From the NCBI GenBank assembly GCA_963674705.1, contig OY771506.1, forward strand, positions 5,184,001 to 5,248,000: a stretch of DNA of 64,000 nt, written 5' to 3'. Source of the stretch: Phycisphaeraceae bacterium. GTDB taxonomy: Bacteria; Planctomycetota; Phycisphaerae; Phycisphaerales; Phycisphaeraceae. The translations under genes were made by a program, and so were the position numbers. The notes beneath the pieces were generated by a model that was given only the letters and a program-made list of their open reading frames with translations, did no database searches and had not been told where the DNA came from. How positions within the stretch are numbered: the first letter of the stretch is position 1; each line of letters opens with the position of its first letter. Below are positions 8,792 through 19,983 of the stretch, piece by piece.

Positions 8792-9910
8792 TCACGCCCC
8801 GAACAGGTTCGCTTGCGAGAACATCCCCTGTTTATCGAAGTATTGCAACGCTTCTTCGGTGCTCTTGAAGACCTGTGTCGCGGTCTCGGTGATGAACGGG
8901 CTGGGTGATCGTTTGGGTTTCCAGACGACGTACACCTCGCGGCCGTGCTCGAAGGCGTGGTGCAGTTCGCGCTCGACGCCGCTGGATAAACCGGGCATCC
9001 CGTCAGGCAGTTCAGGCACGAGCGAAACGATCATGTCGCTTTGGCGCACCATCTTGAAGTCGCGCGAATAGATCTGGCCGTCCACGTCGCCGGCGATATC
9101 CAATACCTGCTTGACCGACACACGGATCTTATCCTTGCCGCCCGAGAACGAACCCGCATCAAGTTCGACGAATTCCTTGCCTTCCTTCGCCGCGGCGATC
9201 GCGGCATCCAGCAGGATCTTCTCATCCACATCCGCCGGGTCGAACGCGATGAAGTGCTTGGCGAGTTCAGCGCGGAACGCATCGATCTCCTTGAGCGTCT
9301 CCGGCAAACCGACCACGTGCGTCATCGGGAACGACGGATACACCGTCTTCATGTCAGGCCGACAGATCAAGCGGTAAGCCGTCTCGTAAGTGTCCTTATG
9401 CCTGCCGCGCGACAGGACATAAAAACGGTTCGGGATCTTCAGCGCCTGAGCCAGCAGCTCCGTCGCCATGATTTCTTCTTCACGCCAGACCATCAGGTCC
9501 TTGAGCGTCGCGTCGGAAACGTGGTCGCGATGCAATCGCTCCGCGACGACCTCAATATTGTCCAGCAGGCAGATCAACACGTCCGGGTTCATCGCTTCGA
9601 TCTGGTCGAAGTCGAACGCACTGAACAGCCCGTGCCGCCAGCGGAACGTCGCGTGGGTGTTGACGATGATGTTTTCCTTGCCCTCCGAATCGCGGATCAC
9701 ATCCTTGAACGCCGCACGACGCAGCGAGTTGAGCCGGCTCAGTTGCAGGTCCAGGATCCGCCCGGCCTTCACGTCCGGGCTCTCGGCGTACATCATGTCG
9801 CCGACGTTATATAGATCGATCCGCTCCCCCTGCTGACCCGCAAAATCGACCACCTTCTGCAGGTATTCCTTCTTGTCCATACCGACCTGCCCGGTCACGA
9901 TCGCTCGCAT
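8792..9910 (-). CDS. NMP-kinase-like P-loop domain fused to a nucleoside 2-deoxyribosyltransferase-like domain
   Basis: N-terminal IVTGQVGMDKK and IVNTHATF (resembles archaeal adenylate kinase); C-terminal RDFKMVRQSDMIV...SSGVERELHHAFEHGREVYVV. Confidence 0.65.
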   Translation of the reverse strand: MRAIVTGQVGMDKKEYLQKVVDFAGQQGERIDLYNVGDMMYAESPDVKAGRILDLQLSRLNSLRRAAFKDVIRDSEGKENIIVNTHATFRWRHGLFSAFDFDQIEAMNPDVLICLLDNIEVVAERLHRDHVSDATLKDLMVWREEEIMATELLAQALKIPNRFYVLSRGRHKDTYETAYRLICRPDMKTVYPSFPMTHVVGLPETLKEIDAFRAELAKHFIAFDPADVDEKILLDAAIAAAKEGKEFVELDAGSFSGGKDKIRVSVKQVLDIAGDVDGQIYSRDFKMVRQSDMIVSLVPELPDGMPGLSSGVERELHHAFEHGREVYVVWKPKRSPSPFITETATQVFKSTEEALQYFDKQGMFSQANLFGA

Positions 9911-10207
9911 GTGCTGTTCCTTCTAAATCAGATAGCTGCCTTGTTCGCCGCAGATTATAACGGTAACGCGCGATATCCGTATGCCTGTTAAAGCCGGTAG
10001 TCTGCGAACGGGAGTCAGGCATTCACTCGATCCACACACAATTCGTTGATGTCCACGCCGGCAGAAGCGTCAAATCTTCCACAACTTCGGGATAAATGCA
10101 CCAATCGCACCCCACTTCAGGGACATCCAGGACACATCCGCTTGTGTAACCGGCCACAATCGGGCATCATGTTGGGGTCAACTTCAACTTGTTCTAGAGG
10201 GACCGCC

Positions 10208-11248
10208 ATGAACTCGCTCACTCCGATGCTGACACTTGCTGATATCGGGACCGTCATTGTTTCCGTCATCGCCATTTTTGCCGTACTGATCGCCCTGATC
10301 GTGATCGGCTTCCTGATGCGTTTCCTGGGACTGTGGTTCCAGGCGAAACTGTCCAGCGCATCGGTCTCGATGATGTCGCTGGTGGGGATGTGGTTCAGGA
10401 AGGTCAACCCGCGTGTGATCGTGCTCTCGCGCATCCAGGCGGTGAAGGCCGGGTTGCACATCTCCTCCGACCAACTTGAAACACACTACCTCGCCCGTGG
10501 TAACGTGCCGCGCGTCGTCAACGCGTTGATCGCCGCCGACCGCGCGAAGATCGACCTTGCGTGGGACACCGCCTGTGCGATCGACCTCGCCGGCCGCGAC
10601 ATCCTCGACGCCGTGCAGACCTCCGTTAACCCGAAGGTCATCGACTGCCCGCATGCAGGCGGCGGCCGCAACACCATCGACGCCGTGGCGCAAGACGGCA
10701 TCCAGTTGCGTGCACGTGCACGTGTCACCGTCCGCGCCAACCTCGCCCGCTTGATCGGTGGTGCAACAGAAGAAACCATCATCGCGCGTGTCGGCGAAGG
10801 CATCGTCACGACAATCGGTTCGTCTTCATCGCACAAGGCTGTGCTCGAGAACCCGGATAAGATTTCAAAGGTCGTGCTGGCTAAGGGACTGGATGCAGGC
10901 ACCGCGTTTGAAATCCTTTCGATCGATATCGCCGACATCGATGTGGGCGACAACATCGGCGCGAAGTTGCAGAGCGATCAGGCCGAAGCAGACAAGCACC
11001 GCTTCCAGGCCGAAGCAGAGAAGCGTCGCGCGATGGCGGTTGCACAGGAACAGGAATACCGCGCGGAAGTCTCGAAGAACCGCGCGCTGGTCGTGCTGGC
11101 CGAGGCCGAAGTGCCCAAGGCAATGGCCGAAGCGTTCCGCAATGGGAACCTCGGGATCATGGACTACTACCGGATGAAGAACATCCAGGCCGACACCTCG
11201 ATGCGCGACAGCATCGCCGGCCCGGGCGCTGAGAAGCCGAACGAGTAG
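10208..11248 (+). CDS. floA: Flotillin-like protein FloA (YqfA/SPFH)
   Basis: [70 protein letters not shown]. Confidence 0.93.
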   Translation: MNSLTPMLTLADIGTVIVSVIAIFAVLIALIVIGFLMRFLGLWFQAKLSSASVSMMSLVGMWFRKVNPRVIVLSRIQAVKAGLHISSDQLETHYLARGNVPRVVNALIAADRAKIDLAWDTACAIDLAGRDILDAVQTSVNPKVIDCPHAGGGRNTIDAVAQDGIQLRARARVTVRANLARLIGGATEETIIARVGEGIVTTIGSSSSHKAVLENPDKISKVVLAKGLDAGTAFEILSIDIADIDVGDNIGAKLQSDQAEADKHRFQAEAEKRRAMAVAQEQEYRAEVSKNRALVVLAEAEVPKAMAEAFRNGNLGIMDYYRMKNIQADTSMRDSIAGPGAEKPNE

Positions 11249-11383
11249 GTCCATCGTGTGTGATTAGTGGGTAGTGAATAGTGCTTTGTGGTTGCACTGC
11301 GCTGAAAGTACCCGCGGCGTCAAATCTGCCATCTTCAGACTTGCAGTTATCCACCATTATTGGTGCGCGCGGTATTGTCGTGT

Positions 11384-12544
11384 TTACGGGCTGTGCGCAT
11401 GTTCGCGGAGCCTCGGGCTGAACGCCCACAGCGCATCGGGCGCGACCTGGTCCAGACCCAGCACGCGCACAATCGCGCGATGCAGTTGATCCACGCCACG
11501 ACCGGTTTGTGCGCTGATCGTCAACGCGCCGCCCCACTTGGAATCATCAGCTTCTTCATCAATCTTGTTGACCACGCGCAGGTCAGGCTCGCGCGGCAAT
11601 ACCCCCCGCTCCGGCCAGTCGGTAACCGGATCGCGCATCGCGATCAACACCTTCGCACTTGCGATCACCTCACGCGCAATCACGATCGCGCGCTGTTCGA
11701 TGTTGTCATCGCTGTCGCGCAGGCCGGGCGTGTCCATCCAACGGACGGAGATGATGGGGCTTGGGGATTGGGAGTTGGGGATTAGGGCAGAAGTTGAAGG
11801 TGCAACACCATTGGCGTTGAGTTCATTGTTTGTTCGTGCATTCGAGCATTCGTCATTCGCACATTCAGTTTCATCCCCAATCCCTAATCCCCAACCCCCA
11901 ATCCCAACCACCCCGCCCACCCAGTCGCGCGTTGTGCCGGGCAAGTCCGCAACAAGACTGACTGTTCGGCCCATCAAGCGGTTCGTTAATGTGCTCTTGC
12001 CGACGTTGGGTTTGCCGACGACGACAACGGTCGGCGGATCGATCAACTGATCGAGGATGGTTGAATCACGTTTAAGTTGGTCGCGATCGATTCGATCGAC
12101 GTTCTGTAATACTTGCTCCCAGATTTTGGATTGCGCAAGCAGGCGATCGATCGCTGCAGGGCTTGCGGCCTGTGAGATCGCGTAAAGCGCTTCGGCTTCG
12201 GTTTGCGATTCGGCTTCGGGATAGAGCGTTAGCGGATCGGGTTGTTGATCGACTTGAACACCCAGCGATGCGAGTTTCTGCAGGATTAACTGTACGACGC
12301 GCGGTCCGCCGTGCGGCATAAGTTGCGCTAAACCGCTGTCACCATCACGGATCAACACGGCAAGACCACGATCAACACCAGCGATATCCGCAAGCAATAT
12401 CCGGCCGACCCGCCACTGCGTTTGGCCGGTTATCTGCTGTAAAACAGCTAAAACATCTCTTCCATGCAGTTGCAGCACAGCAACCGCACCGCTGCGTGTA
12501 GCGGTCAAAAGATTGACGTGTGTAGCGGCTTGCCTGATCGTCAC
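11384..12544 (-). CDS. MnmE/TrmE-like GTPase (short form, no C-terminal helical tail) with an in-frame repeat insertion
   Basis: N-terminal [10 protein letters not shown] and PHGGP; G1 [11 protein letters not shown]2 GTTRD, G3 DTPG, G4 NKID, G5 ISA; GTG start overlaps the upstream TGA. Confidence 0.8.
   Translation of the reverse strand: MTIRQAATHVNLLTATRSGAVAVLQLHGRDVLAVLQQITGQTQWRVGRILLADIAGVDRGLAVLIRDGDSGLAQLMPHGGPRVVQLILQKLASLGVQVDQQPDPLTLYPEAESQTEAEALYAISQAASPAAIDRLLAQSKIWEQVLQNVDRIDRDQLKRDSTILDQLIDPPTVVVVGKPNVGKSTLTNRLMGRTVSLVADLPGTTRDWVGGVVGIGGWGLGIGDETECANDECSNARTNNELNANGVAPSTSALIPNSQSPSPIISVRWMDTPGLRDSDDNIEQRAIVIAREVIASAKVLIAMRDPVTDWPERGVLPREPDLRVVNKIDEEADDSKWGGALTISAQTGRGVDQLHRAIVRVLGLDQVAPDALWAFSPRLREHAHSP
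11755..11909. repeat. Inverted heptamer arrays (TGGGGAT)n...(ATCCCCA)n inside the GTPase CDS
   Basis: Arms at about 11755-11787 and 11874-11909; CATTCG repeats in the spacer. Confidence 0.85.
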
Positions 12545-13011
12545 GGCCCATTCTGCGCAAAGTCCGGCGGCGACTGCTGCATCGGCATGCCGGACGGGAA
12601 GTTCGCACACTGGATCGCAAGCGACGCGACCGCGGGCAGCACCATCGGGAACACCTGCCCGCCGAGCATCACCATCACCAGCGAAACGAATGACGCGGTT
12701 TCAAGCAGCGCAAGCAGGATGAGGTTACCCATGAAGAACCCGGCCGGTGTCACGGCATGCCCCTGCCAGTGCCGTTTGTACGCCTGGTTGCGAGCGAAGT
12801 AACCGATCCCCACCGCGCCGATCAACACACCGATCGCGATCGCAAGCATCTGAATCTGCAACTGGTTCTGCTGCCCCGCTTCCATATTCAACACACGCAG
12901 GATCGCGACGAAACCGAACGCCACCTGCCCCATTACCAGGCCAAACCAGATGATCCGCACCATCATCAGCGTCCCGCGTCGGTCAGCATCGGTGTAAGTT
13001 TGCTCGTTCAT
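12541..13011 (-). CDS. Hypothetical 4-TM membrane protein
   Basis: Four hydrophobic segments; translationally coupled to the GTPase gene. Confidence 0.75.
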   Translation of the reverse strand: MNEQTYTDADRRGTLMMVRIIWFGLVMGQVAFGFVAILRVLNMEAGQQNQLQIQMLAIAIGVLIGAVGIGYFARNQAYKRHWQGHAVTPAGFFMGNLILLALLETASFVSLVMVMLGGQVFPMVLPAVASLAIQCANFPSGMPMQQSPPDFAQNGP

Positions 13012-13056
13012 GGCATGTGATGGTAGAGGGTTGGTGTTGGAAGTTCAAAGGGATTG

Positions 13057-13207
13057 GGTGGGGTGTAGCGATGCAATCGCTAATGTCTAATCGTTAATCG
13101 CTAATATCTAAACCCCCAACGCCGGCTCTGAGCAAAGCGAAGGGCCGGGCCTCTTCGGGTGTAGGGTGTAGAGATTTTGAATCGCTAACGGCTAACGGCT
13201 AACGGCT
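13057..13207 (+). repeat. Composite repeat: GTGTAG / (CTAATCG-like)n / family D hairpin / (GCTAACG)n
   Basis: Same modules as 8431-8571 and 19049-19237. Confidence 0.75.
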
Positions 13208-13383
13208 CTACGCGGTTCGGTTTTGAATACATATTCAACAAAAACGTGTAATTATGCGTGAATTTCCGGCATGCGGGCATTAGAATAGGGCACATACTAC
13301 TCGGGGGGCTATTCCCGAGGCGATGGGGTGAAGCCGGGGATTCCGGCTGGACTATATTTATACTTTTATAAGAGAGACATGCT

Positions 13384-16300
13384 GTGCAACAGAAAAATCG
13401 ATCGTACACTGTCCGTACGCACTCACTGAATCCGGGGCTTCGATTTAAAACGATACGGTTGATTGCGGCGCTCGGGGTTGCCGCGGGTGCGGGGGTGCTG
13501 CCGGGGTTTGATGCGTCGGCTGTTGAGGCGAGCATTATCCCGTCGGGTGATGTCAGCCCCAGCTATGGGAGTGCTGATCCCTGGAATATCACCAGTAGCT
13601 ACCTTGATGTCGGCAATACCGGCACAGGTTCGCTTGTGATCAACAACGCAAGCATCATCAACAGCTACATCGGGCGCGTCGGGTACAAAGCGGGGTCCAA
13701 CGGCACGGTCAGCATCAGTGATCCGGGCTCGCAATGGAATAATCAATACAACCTGGTTGTCGGCGATGAAGGTGTTGGCGAACTGACCATCAGCAACGGT
13801 GCGTATGCTGCCAACACGATGGGTGATATCGGTGCTTCCGTGGGTGGCAGCGGGACCGTCACCGTGACCGGGACCAATTCGACATGGAACAACACCAGCA
13901 CGCTGTACGTCTCGCGCCGTGGTGAAGCCGAGTTGACAATCGAATCCGGCGCGTCGGTTAACAATACCTCGTGCTACATCGGCTACTACTCGGAGGGCAG
14001 CGGCACGGTCACGGTCCAGGGCAATGGCAGCGCGACCCATTGGAATAACGATGGCAACCTGACCGTAGGCCGAGCGGGCTCGGGCGAGATGAATATCCTA
14101 AGCCGGGGCATGGTTTACAACCGCACCGGTATTGTCGGCGATCTGGCGGGATCGAGCGGGACGGTTGTGGTCGGCGGGACGGACACGTTCTGGATCAATG
14201 ATTATGCGTTGACGGTGGGCCAGGCCGGCAGCGGTACGGTGCAGGCATCAGCAGGTGCAGCGATCTACAGCAACGGCGCTTACCTTGGCGCGGAGGCAGG
14301 TTCGGATGGCACGGTCATCATCGGCAATGGCGCGATATGGAATAACACCGGGTCTTTAACGATCGGCACGGCGGGAACGGGCCTGCTGGACTACGGCAAC
14401 GGCGGCACCGTCAACGTCACGCAGGACACGATCGTCGATGAAAACGGCGAAGGCAACGGCACGATTGAATTCAACAGCGGCGTGCTGAATACCGGCGGAT
14501 TGCGGGCATCCTCAAGCGATCTATTGGGGATCGGGACCATCAACACGGGTTCGATCGTCAGTGATATCGACCTTGTATTCGATGCTGGCTCGGGACTTCA
14601 GCGGGATATCGTATTGAACAGCCTGCCCGGCCAGGATGTCACGATCCATATTGATGCTTCGGGCAACACCGGCGAAATGGGCGCGGGCTACAAGGGAACG
14701 GGGACGCTGGCGATCCGGGATGGTTTGAGCGTTTCTTCGACCACGGGATATCTCGGTTACTTCGCGAGCGCGGACGGCACGGCGACGGTCAGCGGCGGCG
14801 GTTCGACGTGGGACAACAGCGGCGACCTGTACGTCGGCCGAGCGGGCAGCGGCACGCTTGTTGTCGAGGACGGCGGGACCGTCATCAATACGACGGCTTA
14901 CCTGGACTCGACCTCCGGGTTAACAAGCACGGCGACGGTTACGGGGGCGAACTCGTTGTGGCAGAGTTACGGTGAGTTGTACATCGGGCAGGAAGGGACG
15001 GGCACGCTGACGATCGCCAACGGCGGGACGGTGGAAGTGGCTTACAACACGGTTGCGGGCCGGTATGAATACGGCACGGGCGTGATTCACTTCGATCAAG
15101 GCACGTTGAACACGGGCGGACTGCTTGCTTCGCCGGAAGAGTTAACGGGCGTCGGGACGATCAACAGCTCGGGATTGGTCAGCGATGTGAATCTGCGTTT
15201 TGATGCGAGTACGGGTTATCAATCGCAGGTAGTGCTGGACAGTCTGCCGGGCCAGAACATTACTATTAATGTGGATGCGAGCGGATTGACCGATGGGATT
15301 CTGTTGGGCGCCGGTTGTCGTGACTCGGGCACGTTGTCGATCGCCGACGGGATCGACGCTTCATCGGCTTACGGGATTCTCGGTTACTACGCCGGTTCCA
15401 ACGGGACGGCTAACATCAGCGGCAACGGTACTGGCTGGAGCATCAGCGAGGACATGTTTGTCGGGCTGTTCGGGACGGGCACGCTGAACATTTCGGGCGG
15501 CGCGAGCGTCAGCAATTACTACGGCATCATCGGTTCGGAAGTCGGATCGTTCGGAACGGTGACGGTCCACGGCGCATCTTCATCATGGGACAGCAGCGGC
15601 GATCTGCTTGTGGGTTTATCCGGGACGGGCACGCTGAACATCGTGGACGGGGCCTCGGTAAGCAGTGGTTCGAGCTTAATCGGCGCAACAACAGGATCGG
15701 TCGGCACGGTCAACGTGCGGGGCGCGGGATCGATCTGGGACAGCAGTATTGTGCTATCGGTAGGCAGTTACGGGATGGGCGTCGTTCAGATCAGTGACGG
15801 CGGTACGGTCATGGCAGACTTCGGGCAGATCGGGTCGGAGGTGGAATCGATCGGCGTGGTGACCGTTCAAGGTGCCGGCAGTTCATTAGACCTGGCAAAC
15901 ATGCTTACCGTCGGCGGCAACGGGGCGGGCTCGCTTATCATCAATAGTGGTGGTGAGGTCAGCAACAGTACGGCGTTTGTAGGACAGGCCGTGGGATCGA
16001 GCGGTACGGTCAGCATCTCCGGCGAAGGGTCCACGTGGACCAGTTCACAATCTATCTATGTCGGGCTCTATGGCGTCGGTACGCTGAACATCCAGAACGG
16101 CGGGACCGTCAGTGTGATTGACGGGCTTACCATCGGTCAGCGGGCCAGCAGTATCGGTACGGTGAATCTTGCTGACGGTTTACTCGATCTTAATGGGAGC
16201 GATATCCAAGCAGGCGCGGGTGTTGCGACGTTCAACTTCCATGGCGGCACGCTCAAGAACGCGGCAACGATCGACCTGGGCGAAGCGCTGGAGCAAAGCG

Positions 16301-16899
16301 GCGGAACGCTAGCGCCGGGCGGTTCGGTCGGGCAGACGGATATCGTGGGTGGTTATATCTTGAATGGCGGCGCAGTCGAGATCGAAGTCGGCGGCGACGG
16401 TAACACGCACGATGTTGTGAATGTGAGCGGCGGCGATGTTGTGATCGCTGACATCGGCACGACGCTTGAGCTGTTGCCATTAGGTTCGATGGCGGCCGGG
16501 ACGTATACGCTGATTGAAACGGATCAGGTATTGACGGGGATGTTTGAGAGCGTGACGGGCATCGGCGCGTTCGATGGGATGGTCGATGTGCTGTACGGCA
16601 GCAACGCGGTGCAACTGGTATTGAATTGGGATTATGTTTATGGCGACATCGACGGCGACGGGTTTGTCGGTCTGGCGGACCTGGATGTCGTACTGAGTCA
16701 GTGGAACCAGGAAGTGACGCCGGGCGATTTAGCGGCGGGCGATTATTCAGGCGATGGGTTTATCGGTTTGGATGATCTGGATGTTGTATTAAGCAACTGG
16801 AATCAGGGGACGCCGCCGATGGATGTTGTTGTGCCGGAGCCGGGGAGTGTGGTGGTGTTGGCCGGTGGGCTGTTGGGTGTGATGCGTCGGAAGCGATAG
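13384..16899 (+). CDS. PEP-CTERM surface protein with T5SS/PEP-CTERM-associated beta repeats and a dockerin-like cassette
   Basis: Signal peptide; many GTVTV.G..S.W repeats; twin GD.xGDGF.GL.DLD.VL..WN; VPEP, TM segment, MRRKR. Confidence 0.9.
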   Translation: MQQKNRSYTVRTHSLNPGLRFKTIRLIAALGVAAGAGVLPGFDASAVEASIIPSGDVSPSYGSADPWNITSSYLDVGNTGTGSLVINNASIINSYIGRVGYKAGSNGTVSISDPGSQWNNQYNLVVGDEGVGELTISNGAYAANTMGDIGASVGGSGTVTVTGTNSTWNNTSTLYVSRRGEAELTIESGASVNNTSCYIGYYSEGSGTVTVQGNGSATHWNNDGNLTVGRAGSGEMNILSRGMVYNRTGIVGDLAGSSGTVVVGGTDTFWINDYALTVGQAGSGTVQASAGAAIYSNGAYLGAEAGSDGTVIIGNGAIWNNTGSLTIGTAGTGLLDYGNGGTVNVTQDTIVDENGEGNGTIEFNSGVLNTGGLRASSSDLLGIGTINTGSIVSDIDLVFDAGSGLQRDIVLNSLPGQDVTIHIDASGNTGEMGAGYKGTGTLAIRDGLSVSSTTGYLGYFASADGTATVSGGGSTWDNSGDLYVGRAGSGTLVVEDGGTVINTTAYLDSTSGLTSTATVTGANSLWQSYGELYIGQEGTGTLTIANGGTVEVAYNTVAGRYEYGTGVIHFDQGTLNTGGLLASPEELTGVGTINSSGLVSDVNLRFDASTGYQSQVVLDSLPGQNITINVDASGLTDGILLGAGCRDSGTLSIADGIDASSAYGILGYYAGSNGTANISGNGTGWSISEDMFVGLFGTGTLNISGGASVSNYYGIIGSEVGSFGTVTVHGASSSWDSSGDLLVGLSGTGTLNIVDGASVSSGSSLIGATTGSVGTVNVRGAGSIWDSSIVLSVGSYGMGVVQISDGGTVMADFGQIGSEVESIGVVTVQGAGSSLDLANMLTVGGNGAGSLIINSGGEVSNSTAFVGQAVGSSGTVSISGEGSTWTSSQSIYVGLYGVGTLNIQNGGTVSVIDGLTIGQRASSIGTVNLADGLLDLNGSDIQAGAGVATFNFHGGTLKNAATIDLGEALEQSGGTLAPGGSVGQTDIVGGYILNGGAVEIEVGGDGNTHDVVNVSGGDVVIADIGTTLELLPLGSMAAGTYTLIETDQVLTGMFESVTGIGAFDGMVDVLYGSNAVQLVLNWDYVYGDIDGDGFVGLADLDVVLSQWNQEVTPGDLAAGDYSGDGFIGLDDLDVVLSNWNQGTPPMDVVVPEPGSVVVLAGGLLGVMRRKR

Positions 16900-16933
16900 T
16901 GTTGTTCCGTGCGAATATCGTGGGTGTGTTTAC

Positions 16934-17051
16934 CCCCTCTGCTCCTGGGAGAGGGCCGGGGTGAGGGCCGTTGCGCTTTGCGCGATCAGAATGACATAAG
17001 TACACACAATCAATCCGGCCCTCATCCTAACCTTCTCCCTGGGTGAGAAGG
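16934..17051. repeat. Family B inverted pair (CCCTCT...GGGGTGAGGGCCG / CGGCCCTCATCCTAACCTTCTCCC)
   Basis: Homologous to 42106-42261 in the opposite orientation. Confidence 0.75.
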
Positions 17052-17063
17052 TACCGGAAATAA

Positions 17064-17136
17064 TAAAGCCGGGGCCATTGGTCGCGCGGTATTTGTTTGC
17101 ATGTGCGGAAGAGCGCGACCGATGGTCGCGGCTTTA
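17064..17136. repeat. Family A REPIN-like pair
   Basis: TAAAGCCGGGGCCATTGGTCGCGC ... GCGCGACCGATGGTCGCGGCTTTA. Confidence 0.75.
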
Positions 17137-17198
17137 CACTTGTAGATCGGAATGCATGGATTACTGAAGCAACCACGCCGGATGGCGAAGCGGTTTGA

Positions 17199-17981
17199 TC
17201 AGTTGTCGGTTTTGCTTTGTTCTTCGGTGGCGATGCGGAGGGTGGTGTAGAGGCCGATCATGGTGAGGTTGGGGACGATGCGGTCGATGAGTTCGTAATC
17301 GCGGAACAGCAGGTTGCCGTCGCCGCCGGTGACGACGATGATGGGAAAGGAGCCGATGCGTTCGGCGTATTGTTCGACCAGTTCGCGGACCATACCGCGC
17401 AGGCCGTAATAGACGCCGGAGCGCATGGCTTCGATGGTGTTGTGGCCGATAGCTTCGATTGGTTTTTTCAGTTCGGTTTCGGGCAACAGGTCGGTGCGTT
17501 CGAACAGCGCATCGAGTTGGAGCTGCGCGCCGGCGGCGATGGCTCCGCCATGGAACGTGCCTGCGCCATCGACAAAGTCGACGGTGATGGCGGTGCCGGC
17601 GTCAACGACGACGCAAGCCTGTTTGAGGATGTCGTAAGCGGCGGCTGCGTTGAGCAGGCGGTCTTCGCCGACCTTGGTCTCGTCGTCGACCTGTCGGCCG
17701 ATCGGGATGATAAAGTCGCGTTCGACGCGCTTGGGTGTGATGCCGACGCGTTCGATGATGAGTCGTTCGACGACTTCCGCAGCCGGTTTGTTGACCGAGG
17801 ACATCAGGACGCCGGCGTCCAGTCGGTCTTTGATGAGAGCGTAAGCGTGTTCGATCGCTTCGCCGATGGAGTCGTGCCGATCGTTACGGAACGTGGCACA
17901 TTCCTGAAGTTCCCCGTTGATGAACGCACCGATGCGCGTGCGTGTATTCCCGACACTGACGCCGAGCATGTTCATATTCAT
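17199..17981 (-). CDS. coaX: Type III pantothenate kinase
   Basis: VGNTRT, VGEDR, VVDAGTAITVD, GGAI, VTGGDG. Confidence 0.9.
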   Translation of the reverse strand: MNMNMLGVSVGNTRTRIGAFINGELQECATFRNDRHDSIGEAIEHAYALIKDRLDAGVLMSSVNKPAAEVVERLIIERVGITPKRVERDFIIPIGRQVDDETKVGEDRLLNAAAAYDILKQACVVVDAGTAITVDFVDGAGTFHGGAIAAGAQLQLDALFERTDLLPETELKKPIEAIGHNTIEAMRSGVYYGLRGMVRELVEQYAERIGSFPIIVVTGGDGNLLFRDYELIDRIVPNLTMIGLYTTLRIATEEQSKTDN

Positions 17982-18014
17982 GCTTTCTACCTCACGTTAG
18001 ATCGGACCGGACCT

Positions 18015-19237
<1,223 letters not shown>

Positions 19238-19250
19238 CCCTCCCCCATAG

Positions 19251-19279
19251 AAAAACGGACGCTCAAGTTTGAGCGTCCG
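19251..19279 (-). terminator. Intrinsic terminator after rpmA
   Basis: Minus strand CGGACGCTCAAACTTGAGCGTCCG followed by TTTTT. Confidence 0.7.
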
Positions 19280-19308
19280 CTTGAGTATTTCAACGTAGGA
19301 ATCGCTCT

Positions 19309-19554
19309 TTAAGCCTCGGCGGGTCGGATATTGACCTTGCGGCCCTGGAACTCGACGACGCCTTCAGCCATGGCGAAGAGCGTATCGTCGTTACCACGGC
19401 CGACCTGGTAGCCGGGCTTGAAGTGCGTACCGCACTGGCGGACGATGATCGAGCCGGCCTTGGCTTTCTGGCCGCCGTAGAGCTTGATACCGCGGAACTG
19501 GGCGTTGGAGTCGCGACCGTTCTTGGTCGAGCCTTGTCCTTTTTTATGAGCCAT
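19309..19554 (-). CDS. rpmA: 50S ribosomal protein L27
   Basis: [29 protein letters not shown]. Confidence 0.97.
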   Translation of the reverse strand: MAHKKGQGSTKNGRDSNAQFRGIKLYGGQKAKAGSIIVRQCGTHFKPGYQVGRGNDDTLFAMAEGVVEFQGRKVNIRPAEA

Positions 19555-19983
19555 CACTCACCTCATCGTTTTGGGGTGTCTTGGTTGATCGGTTCACAGC
19601 GTCGGGAGCAGCCCGGTGCGCTGGGTAGAGCCTCGCATTATAGACAATCAAACGCCACTGGCAAACCCTCCGGTCCGTGAGCGCCTAGCGGATCGTCGGG
19701 GGCTTGTCCAGCGGATGTGCAGAAAAATGGTAACTATAGATCGGACCCACCTTACCTATACTGACAGGCCCATTGGGGGACCTTATCGGACAGAATAAAA
19801 GAGTCCAAGGCGAGGGGGGCAAGATACTTGCAGGCGGGGTCGCCACCCTTTACACTTCCGGGTCGGTGGGAACCATACCGTATCCGGCCGGCGTCCAGAA
19901 GTCGCCCGCCATGCACCCCGCGTTCCCGCTTCCTGATGCAGCGCTAGTTTGGCGCAAGATGTAATTACTTGGGAGGCTCCGCT

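Noticed and set aside
19560..19980. Riboswitch or ncRNA between rpmA and the secretin gene
   Set aside because: No recognisable consensus; consistent with a divergent promoter region
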